A DNA stretch of 63,972 nucleotides, the filler included, from Octopus bimaculoides (taxonomy: Eukaryota), in assembly GCF_001194135.2 (NCBI RefSeq). It is 5 parts of 5 records of this genome, joined end to end, with 100 filler letters (N's around TTAATTAATTAA, not from the genome) between each part and the next. Parts side by side here need not be neighbours in the genome. Positions count along the whole stretch, not along the records: positions 11,834 to 38,508 come from NC_069009.1; 4 more parts are not named here. One strand, 5' to 3'. Below, in pieces: positions 13,531 through 25,177 of this stretch. A model generated the notes under the pieces. That model searched no databases and had not been told where the DNA came from. It saw only the letters and a list, made by a program, of their open reading frames with translations. The position numbers and the translations under genes were made by a program. Positions within the stretch are counted from its first letter, which is position 1. Every line of letters starts with the position of its first letter.

Positions 13531-14043
13531 GAGCTGGTAGAACATTAGCATGCCAGGCAAAATACTTAGCAGTGTTTCTTCATCCATCCTTACATTCTGA
13601 GTTCAAATTCTGCTAAGGTCAACTTAGCCTTTCCTCCTTGCGGGGCCAATAAAATAAGTACCAGTTGAGTACTGGTATCAATGTAATCAACTGAACTACT
13701 TTTGGGTAAGAGTGTAAAATCTGCATCTCTCTACCAACCCATGTCGAGCCAGTGTGACAGAGTAGGCTCAAATTTACTGTCCCCACATCAGACCATTGTT
13801 GATGGAGGAAACATGCTGAGATGAAGCCCTTGTCTTGCAGTGAACTGAACATGGACAATCCAGTCTAATCCAATGTGTGTGTGTGTGTTTTGGTTGGTAT
13901 GTATTGTGTAGAAGTCTGATTCGGAAATAAGTGATTTCATATTCAATCTACTATGTGGCACTGGCGCAAGTGTCTTCTGCTATGGTTTCAGGTCAGCCAA
14001 TTCCTTCTGAGTGAATCTAGTAGATGGAAACTGTGTAGAAGCC

Positions 14044-14079
<36 letters not shown>

Positions 14080-14229
14080 ACATTCATTTCCCATGCTACC
14101 ATGCATTAAAGAGTTTGGCTGGAACTGATAATCCGGAGAGCTCCACTATGATGCCCCTCCTAACACCAACCACTGTATAGAGTGTACTGGATGTCTTTTT
14201 ATATATATCTTCAATTCTTTGTCAGTCTT

Positions 14230-15085
14230 TGAAGAAATTTAATTGAATGAACCAGTCCCAGTACATTTTCTTTAAGCCTGGTATTCCATTAGTCTCGTTT
14301 GCCAAACCACTAAGTTCTGAGTACTTAAACACAATACCACTGGTTGTCAAGTAGTGGTGGAGGACAGACACAGATACAAAGACACACACACACATATGAT
14401 GGGCTTCTTTTCAGTTTCCATCTACCTAACTCATAAGGCTTTGGTCAGTCCAAGGTTATTGTAGAAGACACTTGCCTAAGGTGCCACACAGCTGAATTGA
14501 ACCTGGAACCATGTGGTTAGGAAGCAAGCTTCCAACCACATAGAGGCACAGCCGTGGTTGTATGGTAAGAAGTTTGCTTCTAAACCACATGGTTCTGAAT
14601 TCAGTCCCACTGCATGACACCTTAGGCAGGTGTCTTAAACTTTAGCCTTGGGCCAATCAGAGCCTTGTGAGTGGATTTGGTCAAAAGAAACTGAAAGAAA
14701 CTCATCGTGGTAAGAAGCTTGCTTCCCAATCACATGGTTCTAGGTTCAATCCAACTGCATGGCACTTTGTGCAAGTATCTTCTACTTTAGCCTCAGGCCG
14801 ACCAAAGCCTTGTAAGTGGATTTGGTCAACGGAAACTGAAAGATGCCGGTTGTTTATATATATGTGTGTGTATATTTGTGCGTGTGTCTGTGTCTGTTCC
14901 ACTACCATGGCTTGACAGCTGATGTTGGTGTATTTATGTCCCTGTAACTTAGCAGTTCATCAAAAGAATTCGATAGAATAAGTACTAGGCTTACAAATAA
15001 TAAGTCTTAGGGTCGATTTGTTCGACTAAAGGTTGTGCTCCAGCATGGCCACGGACAAACGACTGAAACAAGTAAAAGGACACAT
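14230..15085. mobile_element. Cluster of family A SINEs: minus copy about 14230-14545, then plus copy with duplicated head about 14545-15085
   Basis: Head GCTGTGTGGTAAGAAG.TTGCTTCC.AACCACATGGTTC occurs twice; one 3' tail. Confidence 0.8.
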
Positions 15086-15153
15086 ATATATATTCTTTTA
15101 TGTTTTAGCCCTGAGGCTGTGGCTTTGCTGGAGCACTGCCAGTGTAATATATT

Positions 15154-15382
15154 CAGTCAGAATTTTGGATAATTCTTTATTAGCGCTTTTGTTTGTTCAA
15201 TCGATCTCTTTAAGGTAATGCAAGGAAAATTTCTTCTGCCTTTTATATAAATTGAAAAGAGGATGTCATTTAATTTTGTTTCGATTTATATAAAAGGTGG
15301 AAGAAATTTTCTGTACATTATCTTGAAGTGTTCAAATGAACGAACAAATGCACTAATAAAAGATTATTCAAAATCCTAACTG
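15154..15382. repeat. Old palindromic (fold-back) element, about 100-bp imperfect arms
   Basis: CAGTCAGAATTTTGGATAAT...TTTTATATAAATTGAAA matches the reverse complement of the right arm; mismatches mostly transitions. Confidence 0.8.
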
Positions 15383-15436
15383 CTGCCTTCTTCTTAATAT
15401 ACAATATTTGTACACCACTTCAAACACTTTATATAT

Positions 15437-15595
15437 AGGCGCAGCAGTGGCTGTGTGGTAAGAAGCTTGCTTCCCAACCACATGGTCCTGGGTTCAGTTC
15501 CACTGCATGGCACCTTGGGCAAGTATCTTCTACTATAGCCTTGGGCCAACCAAAACCTTGGCAGTGGATTTGGTAGATGGAAACTGAAAGAAGCC

Positions 15596-15643
<48 letters not shown>

Positions 15644-15845
15644 TTTTGTGTGTCTGTGTTAGTTCCCCACCATCGCTTGACAACCGATGTTGGTGTGTTT
15701 ACATCCCCAAAACTTAGTGGTTTAAAACAAGAGAACGATAGAATAAGTACCAGGCTTACAAAAAATAAGTCCTGAAGTTGATTTGTTTGACTAAAGGCAG
15801 TGCTCCAGCATGGCTGCAGTCTTAACTGAAACAAGTATAAGATGA
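15437..15845 (+). mobile_element. Full-length tRNA-derived SINE, family A (about 400 bp, internal TA/TG microsatellite)
   Basis: GGCGCAG.AGTGGCTGTGTGGTAAG A-box-like head and GGTTCAGTTCC B-box-like motif; 3' tail GACTGAAACAAGTA. Other full or near-full copies at about 19930-20330(-), 27545-27930(-), 29600-30000(+), 32805-33225(-), 36117-36500(+), 40070-40460(+) and 41610-41960(-). Confidence 0.88.
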
Positions 15846-16031
15846 AAGATATCTGTATGTTTAAGCATGTATATCTAAGTAATGCGTATATTTATATATA
15901 TGCATATATACATGTGTGTGTGTATATATATATTATATTTATTATATATCAATAAATATTTATATAATATACATATATTATAAACACACATATATATATT
16001 TACATGCATAATATATACATATGTATATATA

Positions 16032-16103
<72 letters not shown>

Positions 16104-16199
16104 GCATCCATAACACGCACTCTATAACCTTGGACCAACAAAGGCATATGTGTGAATTCCTTAGATGGAGACTGAAAGAAGTCTATCATATATAAACAG

Positions 16200-17120
16200 A
16201 ATGTGACATGTATTTGAGGATATATCTGGTAATTAAATAAAACAACTCTAATCTAGCAAAATCCAAATTTATTTTGATAAATATTGAGATAAACTTTCTT
16301 ATAAGATCATTTTATGAATCCAGCTTCAGAGCTTTGATTGCTTCAATGTGAACTAGAATTACTGACATACCTGCACTAAATGGTGCCTATTCCTTTTGGA
16401 CATCACCTGGTCTATGGGAGTCTTCAGTGAAGCTCTGGTACTGTGATGTCAGTTTGTGTCCCCTTCAGCAACACTCCAAACACAGTAGTCCATGTTGAGT
16501 TTCGAGGTCACAAGTTTGGTGTTACCTGACTGTACCTGACATCCATTCTTGTGTTACATGGGTTTTGTGAGAAAGTGCTGAGTTTTGTTGAAAGACATCT
16601 GGCTTTCTGTGTATTTTATCCATATAGGGTTTAAAGTGAAGGTGCGTGGCTTAGTGGTTAGGGCATTCAGCTCACGATCATAAGGTCGTGAGTTCAATTC
16701 CCGGTGACGCATTGTGTCCTTGAGCAAGACACTTTATTTCACGTTGCTCCAGTCCACTCAGCTGGCAAAAGTGAATAGTGCCTGTATTTCAAAGGGCTGG
16801 CCTTGTCACACTCTGTGTCACGCTCAATCTCCCTGAGAACTACGTTAGGGGTACACGTGTCTGTGGATTGCTCAGTCATTTCCATGTTAATTTCACGAGC
16901 AAGCTGTTCCGTTGATCATATCAGCTGAGACCCTCGTCATCGTAACCGACGGAGTGCTACTTAGGGTTTAACAACTGTCTCCAGTAGCATTAATTCTAAA
17001 ACCCTGTAGAAAGATGTAAGGTAGCATGATGTGACCTTCATTCCTCATCACACATAAAATCATCACATTTGTTGGAAACCTAGAAATTTTTAGCAAATGC
17101 AAGCACATGGGCAAATTTTT
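16200..17120 (-). mobile_element. maT/DD37D-type (mariner-like) transposon remnant, split by a SINE
   Basis: ..RFPTNVMILCVMRNEGHIMLPYIFLQGFRINA / ..DVFQQNSALSHKTHVTQEWM / ..HIEAIKALK.. resemble the element at 28405-29260. Confidence 0.75.
16635..16961 (+). mobile_element. tRNA-derived SINE, family C (GTGTCCTTGAGCAAGACACTTTA central domain), with 10-bp TSD
   Basis: TAGGGTTTAA at 16625-16634 and 16962-16971. Related copies at about 12190-12565(+, two partials), 34281-34657(+, different head), 43795-44090(-) and 52350-52545(-). Confidence 0.9.
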
Positions 17121-18219
17121 TTTGTGAAACTGAAGGACAGCATCCTCTCTGGATTGAGTAGCTATCCCACAGACTGGCCTCCTCTCCATTATATTATCCA
17201 ACATAAGCTAAATTAGTTACGATTTCTACAGGCAAAGAGAATGAAGATACTTGGTTTTCTTACTTTTCTTTCTTCTCATTCCACTTTTTGCATCAACCTT
17301 CTTCGCATTTTACTTCCCATTTCACCTCATAGACCAGCATCCTGGTTTTCAAATAGGTCTAATGGTATGCACTGAGCCTGAAAGATTGCTTGGAGAGACA
17401 TGGCATGTTATATAAAACTACCAGATTGTTGCATTATTACAGTTAGTAGCTCTTTTTTGAATTGTGTATATTAGATTATACACACTCATACACATACAGA
17501 GACTCCAGCAAATAAAATCTGAAGAAGGAATTCTAATTCCGAAATATCATCGGACTACAGTTTACCAGGTTACAACAGGTATACAGTCCATTTTTTGTTC
17601 TATATTGCATTGTTATATCTTCCTAAACTTTTTATTCTTTACAAACAATACACAATGCTTCAAGCGAACTACAATACTCTCATATATATATTTATATACA
17701 TGTATATATATATATACTTTATTATTATTAAAGCTGTAAAAATATCACAATAAACTACTATTCAGAGTTTCATGTTCCCATTCGTTGGACAGTTTAGATC
17801 GAGAACCTCAATCTGATTAATACATTTTTTTCTTTATTGTAGTAAATTTTCCAGTATCATTTTAGGTTCATCAATGATAAGTTTATTCAATTGGCCATTG
17901 ATCAGGTGAGAAAATTGAACCTAAAAATGTAATGCTCAGAAACTCAAACATAAGTGCAATTTATTTTGGTAAACACATTTATGTATATACACAGGAAAAG
18001 CATCATCAATGCAAAAGCTTATATGTGATGGATAAAATCCAGGGGCTCCTTCCATAATTAGAATAAGGTTAATTCTAAAATGTGTATACTGATGGGTATA
18101 CCCAGATATAGAAAAGCAGTAAACAGATATAGAAAGGGAGTAAACAGATCTATCAGTAAGAATATATGTACACATTCATATATAGTCAGATATGCATATA
18201 GACAACACACAGTTATATC

Positions 18220-18304
<85 letters not shown>

Positions 18305-18589
18305 NNNNNNNNNNNNNNNNNNNNNNNNNNNNNNNNNNNNNNNNNNNNNNNNNNNNNNNNNNNNNNNNNNNNNNNNNNNNNNNNNNNNNNNNNNNNNNNN
18401 NNNNNNNNNNNNNNNNNNNNNNNNNNNNNNNNNNNNNNNNNNNNNNNNNNNNNNNNNNNNNNNNNNNNNNNNNNNNNNNNNNNNNNNNNNNNNNNNNNNN
18501 NNNNNNNNNNNNNNNNNNNNNNNNNNNNNNNNNNNNNNNNNNNNNNNNNNNNNNNNNNNNNNNNNNNNNNNNNNNNNNNNNTATATTAA

Positions 18590-19200
18590 AATTCATATAA
18601 GGGAACACAAATGTGCCTGCCTGCTAGACATAAGAGTTAAAACCCTCATTAGACCACCAATACTAACACTAAAATAACAACAGAAAACATCAGTATTTGG
18701 GCAAACGGATCGAAAAAAACTCCTTCACATACCTATATAACAGAATACTATATATTTCTTGGTATTAGTATACACGTAGACCAGTTTCTGGTTTGACATA
18801 AATCTTACCTTCCTCAGCATGTGTCAACCATTTCAAAAAACTCTTCCCAACCCACTACATTGAAATCTGCTGGCCCTCTGAATTGTTTTGTGCCAAATCA
18901 GAGCAGCCTTAGTGTGAAAAGTATTTATACAGAGCAAATATTCAGAAGTGAATATTTATATAGATATTATTATTGTTATTATTATCAAGGGCAATATAAG
19001 TAATTGGTAATAACAATCATAATATGAGTGGTTGCAGGCCTAAATTAGCATTATATAGCCATATAATTAGAATTCATATCATAAGGGCACACGAATGTGC
19101 CTGCCTGCTAGACATAAGAGTTAAAACCCTCATTAAACCACCAATAATAACACTAAAATAACAACAGAAAACAACAGTATTTGGGCAAACGGATCAAAAA
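18590..19200 (+). repeat. About 128-bp direct repeat pair (18590-18717 and 19071-19200)
   Basis: AATTCATAT..AAGGG.ACAC.AATGTGCCTGCCTGCTAGACATAAGAGTTAAAACCCTCATT...GGGCAAACGGATC occurs twice, 481 bp apart, with few differences. Confidence 0.9.
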
Positions 19201-19236
19201 GCATTCTATATAAATATTCACTCCTTAATATTTGCT

Positions 19237-19290
<54 letters not shown>

Positions 19291-20554
19291 AGGGTTCCAG
19301 TTGATCCTTTCAACTGAACAGCCTACTCATGAAATTAACATGCACAGAGAGCCAAAATGAATCTCACTGGACACTCATAGTGAGATGTACTGCCCAGTCA
19401 CTGTGACGGTGAGGTGTCCAGCAAGTTGGACACGTTTATCAAAGACAATATTATATGAAAAATGGGAGAATATGTAGCACTTAAATGCAAAGAAATAGGG
19501 GGGAAAAAAGAGGGACAAGAAAGAAAAGAAAAAAGAGTGTGGTGGGAGTAAAGTAACAGAAGATGAAGGGGTAAGGGGTGATGGGCCACATACCCCAGAA
19601 CAAACAGGGTGCTCTCTCACACCATGTAGTAATGACTGTAAGGGCATTGCCATGAAGGATGACAATAGCCAGTGACACTCACTGCAGCAGCTACTCCCCA
19701 TTGTGGAGCTCATATCTCTAATCAGCTGCCATTATCCCTATCTTGCAGAGGGATCCTAGAACATCTGATGCTTCAATGGCAACCAGCACAAACTAATAGT
19801 GGCTGTTCAGGCCCCTGTATTTATTAATTTTTCTGTCCTGCAGCAAAATCAAGGCGATTACACAATAAAGGGTTCAGAAGCGTTGTTGGTCTTGCCACAG
19901 ACAACCTTCCAATATGGTGGCACAATATACTTTTACTTTTACTTGTTTCAGTCATTAGACTGCAACCATGCTGGAGCACAGCCTCTAGTCGAGCAAATCG
20001 ACCCCAGGACTTATTCTTTGTAAGCCTAGTACTTATTCTATCAGTCTCTTTTGGTGAACCGCTAAGTTATGGGGACATAAACACACCAGCATCGGTTGTC
20101 AAGCGATGTTGGGTGGGACAAACACAAACACAAACATATACACTTACATATATATATATACATGTATACGATGGGCTTCTTTCAGTTTCCGTCTACCAAA
20201 TCCACTCACAAGGCTTTGGTCGGCCCAAGGCTATAGTAGAAGACACTTGCCCAAGGTGACATGCAGTGGGAATGAACCCGGAACCATGTGGTTGGTAAGC
20301 AAGCTACTTATCACACAGCCACTCCTGCACCTATCTTTTTCTTTTACTTGTTTCAGTCATTAAACTGCAGCCATTCTGGTGCACCACCTTGAAGAATTTT
20401 TACTTGAATGAATTGACCCTGGTACTTTTTTTTAAAGCCTAGTACTTATTTGTTGGTCTCGTTTACTAGACTACTAAGTTATAGGGATATAAACACACCA
20501 ACACCTGTTGTCAAGTAGTGGTGGGAGATAAACAAAGACACACACACACTCATG

Positions 20555-20830
20555 TGTGGGAAATTGGCCACTGGCACAAGAGCACAAGGATGACCTCATC
20601 TTTGTTTCAAGGACATCTCGAAGAGAGATATAAAGTTAATAGAGCTAGACATCTTGAGATGGGAGGAGATTGCAAATGATTGCCCATGCTGGAGACAAGT
20701 TCTGTGCAAAGGGAAGGAGCAAGGGGAAGAGAAACTGGAACTAGCCACTGAAGAAAAGCACACTCAAAGAAAGGAAAAATCAGGAGAGAACTTCTTCAAA
20801 AGCAGTTGCCGCATGTGAGATTGCCATGTG
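20555..20830 (+). mobile_element. RTE-clade LINE, ORF 3' fragment
   Basis: GKLATGTRAQG.PHLCFKDISKRDIK....LRWEEIAND...WRQVL is the typical RTE C-terminal segment. Confidence 0.75.
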
Positions 20831-20866
20831 GGCAGCTGACACAAAATTCTCCAAGTGCATATATAT

Positions 20867-21259
20867 AATCAAAATAAGCAACACGGATTTTAAAGATGAT
20901 TGCAGTATGCACGTTTCATGCTACTCCATTTATTTGAGTAATGCGAGCATTCCATTAAATGCAATATGTAGAGAATTACAGTAGAATAGACATATTATAA
21001 TTGTGGCAACATTTAAAATCCAAGTGCTAGCCTTGGCTATGTCAAGATGGATTTTTATGTATTCTTCTTCCCACTTGGATTTTAAATGTTGCCACAATTA
21101 TAATATGTCTATTCTACTGTAATTCTCTACATTTCTGTGCAGCTGAAGATTGCTCTACATATTGCATTTAATGTAATGCTCACATTACTTAAATAAATGG
21201 AGTAGCATGAAACGTGCGTACTGCAATCATCTTTAAAATCCATGTTGCTTATTTTGATT
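20867..21259. repeat. Fold-back element, about 160-bp arms (20867-21026 and 21072-21259), 45-nt spacer
   Basis: I count 5 mismatches in 160 bp; the right arm has a 28-nt insertion bounded by a CTCTACAT duplication. Confidence 0.92.
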
Positions 21260-21538
21260 TTTTGATCACCTTGCTTTTAGAATGGTTTTTGGATAATACT
21301 ATACTATATTCTGGTGCCTAAACATAAGTACCATANNNNNNNNNNATATTATCTCAGTTATTAAAACCTTTGATAATGTAAATATGTTAATAGTTACCAG
21401 AGGTAGCAAAATTACACTAAAAAACAAGATATCACAGCCATTTTACGGGTAGAGATACCAAGTTAAAGTGATACATTTTGAGAAGATATGGATAATAATA
21501 ATAAATGGAACAAAACGCATGTCAATAAAAGTTCCTTT

Positions 21539-21629
21539 AATTCCTACACATGTTTCAAAATAAATGAGAGCTTTTTCACAAAGAAGTAAGTGCTGCTGAG
21601 ATTCCTCATATATTTCTCTTCAGGGAGTT
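21539..21629 (-). ncRNA. Type-I hammerhead ribozyme motif with long stem II (Penelope pLTR-like fragment)
   Basis: Minus strand reads AACUCC-CUGAAGA-GAAAUAUAUGAG...CUCAUUUAUUUU-GAAA-C-AUGU-G-UA-GGAAUU. Full core, 11 of 12 pairs in stem II, stem I 5 of 6, ACAUGU palindrome at stem III. Confidence 0.65.
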
Positions 21630-22364
21630 CATAATAAAACATATAATAGCAAGACAAAAACGAAATGATGAGGTAACTTACGAGCAGAGATGTTACATGG
21701 TCAGTGACCATTAGAAGGTTTGTTTAATCATTATTCGTCGTTTAGAGATAGAAATGAATATATATATATATATATGTGGGAGAATATGTGGCTTTGATAA
21801 TCTGCATTGAAAATAGCCTAAGTGATTATGAAATTCAGGGGTCAGGGGTGTTGTTGGTCTTGCCACAGACAATCTTCTAATGTGGACATCACAATGAAAT
21901 ATATTTAGTCCATCCATGAGGTAAGGTGACTCCTAAAAAGACGAAAATCCAGCCATAAATAGCATGCCGAAAAAACATGCCATGTTGTTGTACAGATGAA
22001 GATAGATCAGCAGGTTTCTGTTTCTTGTAAGAGTATCAAATGGCATCAACTACGACAGATGACAGATGTATTCAATAAGTGTTGATGATGATGATGATGA
22101 GGAAGATTGTAAATGTTTTTTTTTAAATGTAACATTCTAAAGTTAATAGTCTGGAAAATTAATATTTTATCAGTGAGTCCTTGATTTAGATATGCAAGCA
22201 TTTAAGTTAGAGAAGGTGTAAGTAGTTCAGATCTGTATCTGAGTGAGTGGGTGGTTGGCGAGAGTGGAAGGTCTGTCATTGAAGAGACATAGCGACATGT
22301 TGGGTAGATCTGATTACATTAGTGGGTGGCTGTATGTGGTGGGGAGAGAGAGAGTTGGAACAGG

Positions 22365-22578
22365 TGTGTGTGAGTATATATGTGTCTGTGTACGTATATG
22401 TATGTGTGTGTGTGCATATGTGTATATATATGTGTGTGTGTGTGTGTGTATATATGTATATACACAGACACACGCATATACATATAGATGCCTGCATATA
22501 TGTGTCTGTGTATGTATATATATGTGTGTGTGTGTATATATATATATATAATAATAATAGGGACAAAATCAATATATA

Positions 22579-22633
<55 letters not shown>

Positions 22634-22741
22634 CATATACACATATACATACACAGACACATATAATATATATATATATATATATATTATATGTGTCTGT
22701 GTATGTATATGTGTGTGTGTATATGTATATATGTGTGTGTG

Positions 22742-22774
<33 letters not shown>

Positions 22775-22780
22775 ATGTGG
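22365..22780. repeat. Compound (TG)/(TA)/(CA) microsatellite array with internal inverted symmetry
   Basis: Direct inspection; source of many spurious YI/CV/HT ORFs. Confidence 0.9.
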
Positions 22781-23412
22781 TCTCTTTTATATACACATGT
22801 ACTATAATCCTTTTAGGATCTCAAAAAATTTTTTTGAATCTTATGATTCTTTTAATGTGCTAGTTTCCTGGTATTAAATTGATATTAATTAATATCAAAT
22901 TTTTACCCTATTATGTTATATATATATGTGTGTGTCTGTATATGTTTATAAGTGTGTGTATATGTATATAAATGTGTGGAATCTTGCAGCTTCTTTAGGG
23001 TCTGTCCATTATGGCTAGTTACGAAACTAGCCAAATGGATACACCTTGAAGAAACTGCACCAAAAATTGTGCCATGTTGCATCTGCAAGTGCCTGTAATC
23101 TGTGCTTGCAAAAACGCATGTAGGTCATAAAGACCATAAAAATATGCTGTATAAAATTGTAAAAGAAGAGGAAATAAATTTTGAGGAGGAACAAGTCTCC
23201 ATCCTCCAGATTGTTATAGTTATTGTTTATATATATATTATTTATTTAAAGGGCATAATACATGTATTTAAGTGCTACTAATAGTTTCATATGTTGAGAA
23301 ATACTCAAACATATTCTTCAGGCACAAACCACATATCATAGTGAACTAAAAAAAATTGAATAATAGAAAAAATGCAATAAAACTGAGAAGGCAGCATATA
23401 GAAAATGCTGAA

Positions 23413-23585
23413 AGGCGTAGGAGTGGCTGTGTGGTAAGTAGCTTGCTTACCAACCACATGGTTCCGGGTTCAGTCCCACTGTGTGGCACCTTGGGCAAAT
23501 GTCTTCTACTATAAGCCTCGGGCCGCCCAAAGCCTTGTGAGTGGATTTGGTAGACGGAAACTGAAAGAAGCCCGTCGTATATATA
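23413..23585 (+). mobile_element. Young family A SINE, 5' half (CpGs retained), cut by an N gap
   Basis: GGCGTAGGAGTGGCTGTGTGGTAAGTAGCTTGCTTACCAACCACATGGTTCCGGGTTCAGTCCC... Other 5'-half copies at about 27405-27545, 32035-32220, 32635-32800, 33745-33870, 37295-37450 and 61060-61200 (all +) and 50990-51140(-). Confidence 0.9.
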
Positions 23586-24339
23586 NNNNNNNNNNNNNNN
23601 NNNNNNNNNNNNNNNNNNNNNNNNNNNNNNNNNNNNNNNNNNNNNNNNNNNNNNNNNNNNNNNNNNNNNNNNNNNNNNNNNNNNNNNNNNNNNNNNNNNN
23701 NNNNNNNNNNNNNNNNNNNNNNNNNNNNNNNNNNNNNNNNNNNNNNNNNNNNNNNNNNNNNNNNNNNNNNNNNNNNNNNNNNNNNNNNNNNNNNNNNNNN
23801 NNNNNNNNNNNNNNNNNNNNNNNNNNNNNNNNNNNNNNNNNNNNNNNNNNNNNNNNNNNNNNNNNNNNNNNNNNNNNNNNNNNNNNNNNNNNNNNNNNNN
23901 NNNNNNNNNNNNNNNNNNNNNNNNNNNNNNNNNNNNNNNNNNNNNNNNNNNNNNNNNNNNNNNNNNNNNNNNNNNNNNNNNNNNNNNNNNNNNNNNNNNN
24001 NNNNNNNNNNNNNNNNNNNNNNNNNNNNNNNNNNNNNNNNNNNNNNNNNNNNNNNNNNNNNNNNNNNNNNNNNNNNNNNNNNNNNNNNNNNNNNNNNNNN
24101 NNNNNNNNNNNNNAATCCCTCTAACATTAATCAAAATATTAATAATAGATCTAGTGGCATTAAAGATAAAGTAATACATAACCCCTCTAGTTTTAATCAG
24201 AATAAGAAGGAAAGGGAACCTAAAAATAGGCCAAGGAAAATGATTTGGTTTGCCCCTGTCTTTTTCCCTAAAAACTAACATTCCCATCTCTCCTAGACAA
24301 ACACTTTCCTGCAACTTACAGATATAGGGAAATATTTAA

Positions 24340-25140
24340 TAGGTGTTCTGTGAAATTATCCTATAGCTGCTGCCCCAGTATGAAGAGTATTGTTACACGT
24401 GGTCAACACCAATAGCCTAAATCCAGCTGCAACTGTCGCCACCCAGGATACTGTCCACTTGACCAATGATGTATGATTAAACCTACCTTATATGAGGTAG
24501 AAGTTACTGCAACCCTAAATAATAATACAATTGATAAGAAGACTTATACTGGATTAGGTGAAGGTGAATTTAAAAATTGTTATGCCAATCACATAGCCTC
24601 CTTCCAACATAGGAATAAAAGTAAAGCTACGAAGTTGCCCATCATACATAGGAACTTTGAAAGATAACGAAACACCATATGTGATTAAATGGAAACTAAT
24701 TGATAAATCCATACATTACATGAATGGATCAAATAAATGTAGGCTTTGTTTAGCTGAAAGAGCACAGATCCTGTTCAGATCTGAGATCCCTAACTCTCTA
24801 TTGACCCCTAGGTCAGAAATTTTCAGTGATTGCATGCATATGTATAAATATGTTTTGAAGAATTAGAAAACTCTACCTATTCCTGACTAACTTGATATCT
24901 TTCCAGCCTTATCATTTAAGGTCCAAGGAGGATAGCTCTGTTACCGTTTTACTTTTTATTTTTTACATTTTAGTTTTTGCGTTTTCATTTTCCGTTTTTC
25001 ATTTTTTGCTTTCCATTTTTTTTACTTTCTGTGTTTTCTCTATGCTGCCTTCTCAGTTTTTTCAGGTTTCTTCTATTATTCAATTTTTATAATTTGTTAT
25101 GATATGTGGTTTGCACCACAAGAATATGTTTGAACATTTC
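24340..25140 (+). mobile_element. Penelope-like element: GIY-YIG endonuclease fragment plus 3' region
   Basis: SCNCRHPGYCPLD..C, KTYTGLGEGEFKNCYANHIASFQH and IKWKLIDK..Y.NGSNKCRLCLAE...RSEIFS.CMH match PLE GIY-YIG domains. Frameshifted; a decayed hammerhead-like hairpin lies at about 25095-25135. Confidence 0.85.
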
Positions 25141-25177
25141 TCAACTTATGACACTGCTACTAGTGTTTAAATACATG

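Noticed and set aside
15437-15520. tRNA genes at SINE heads
   Set aside because: A/B-box-like motifs are present but there is no complete cloverleaf, and they run straight into SINE bodies.
17261-17387. Exon-like minus-strand segment (tctttcag ... AAAA|gtaag) as a candidate next formin exon
   Set aside because: All three frames hit stops early, and the required phase gives RLSAYH* with no FMN similarity.
18809-18866. 58-bp exon-like minus-strand segment with a strong donor
   Set aside because: No polypyrimidine tract at the acceptor, stops in all frames and no formin similarity. It could only be non-coding, which is unsupported.
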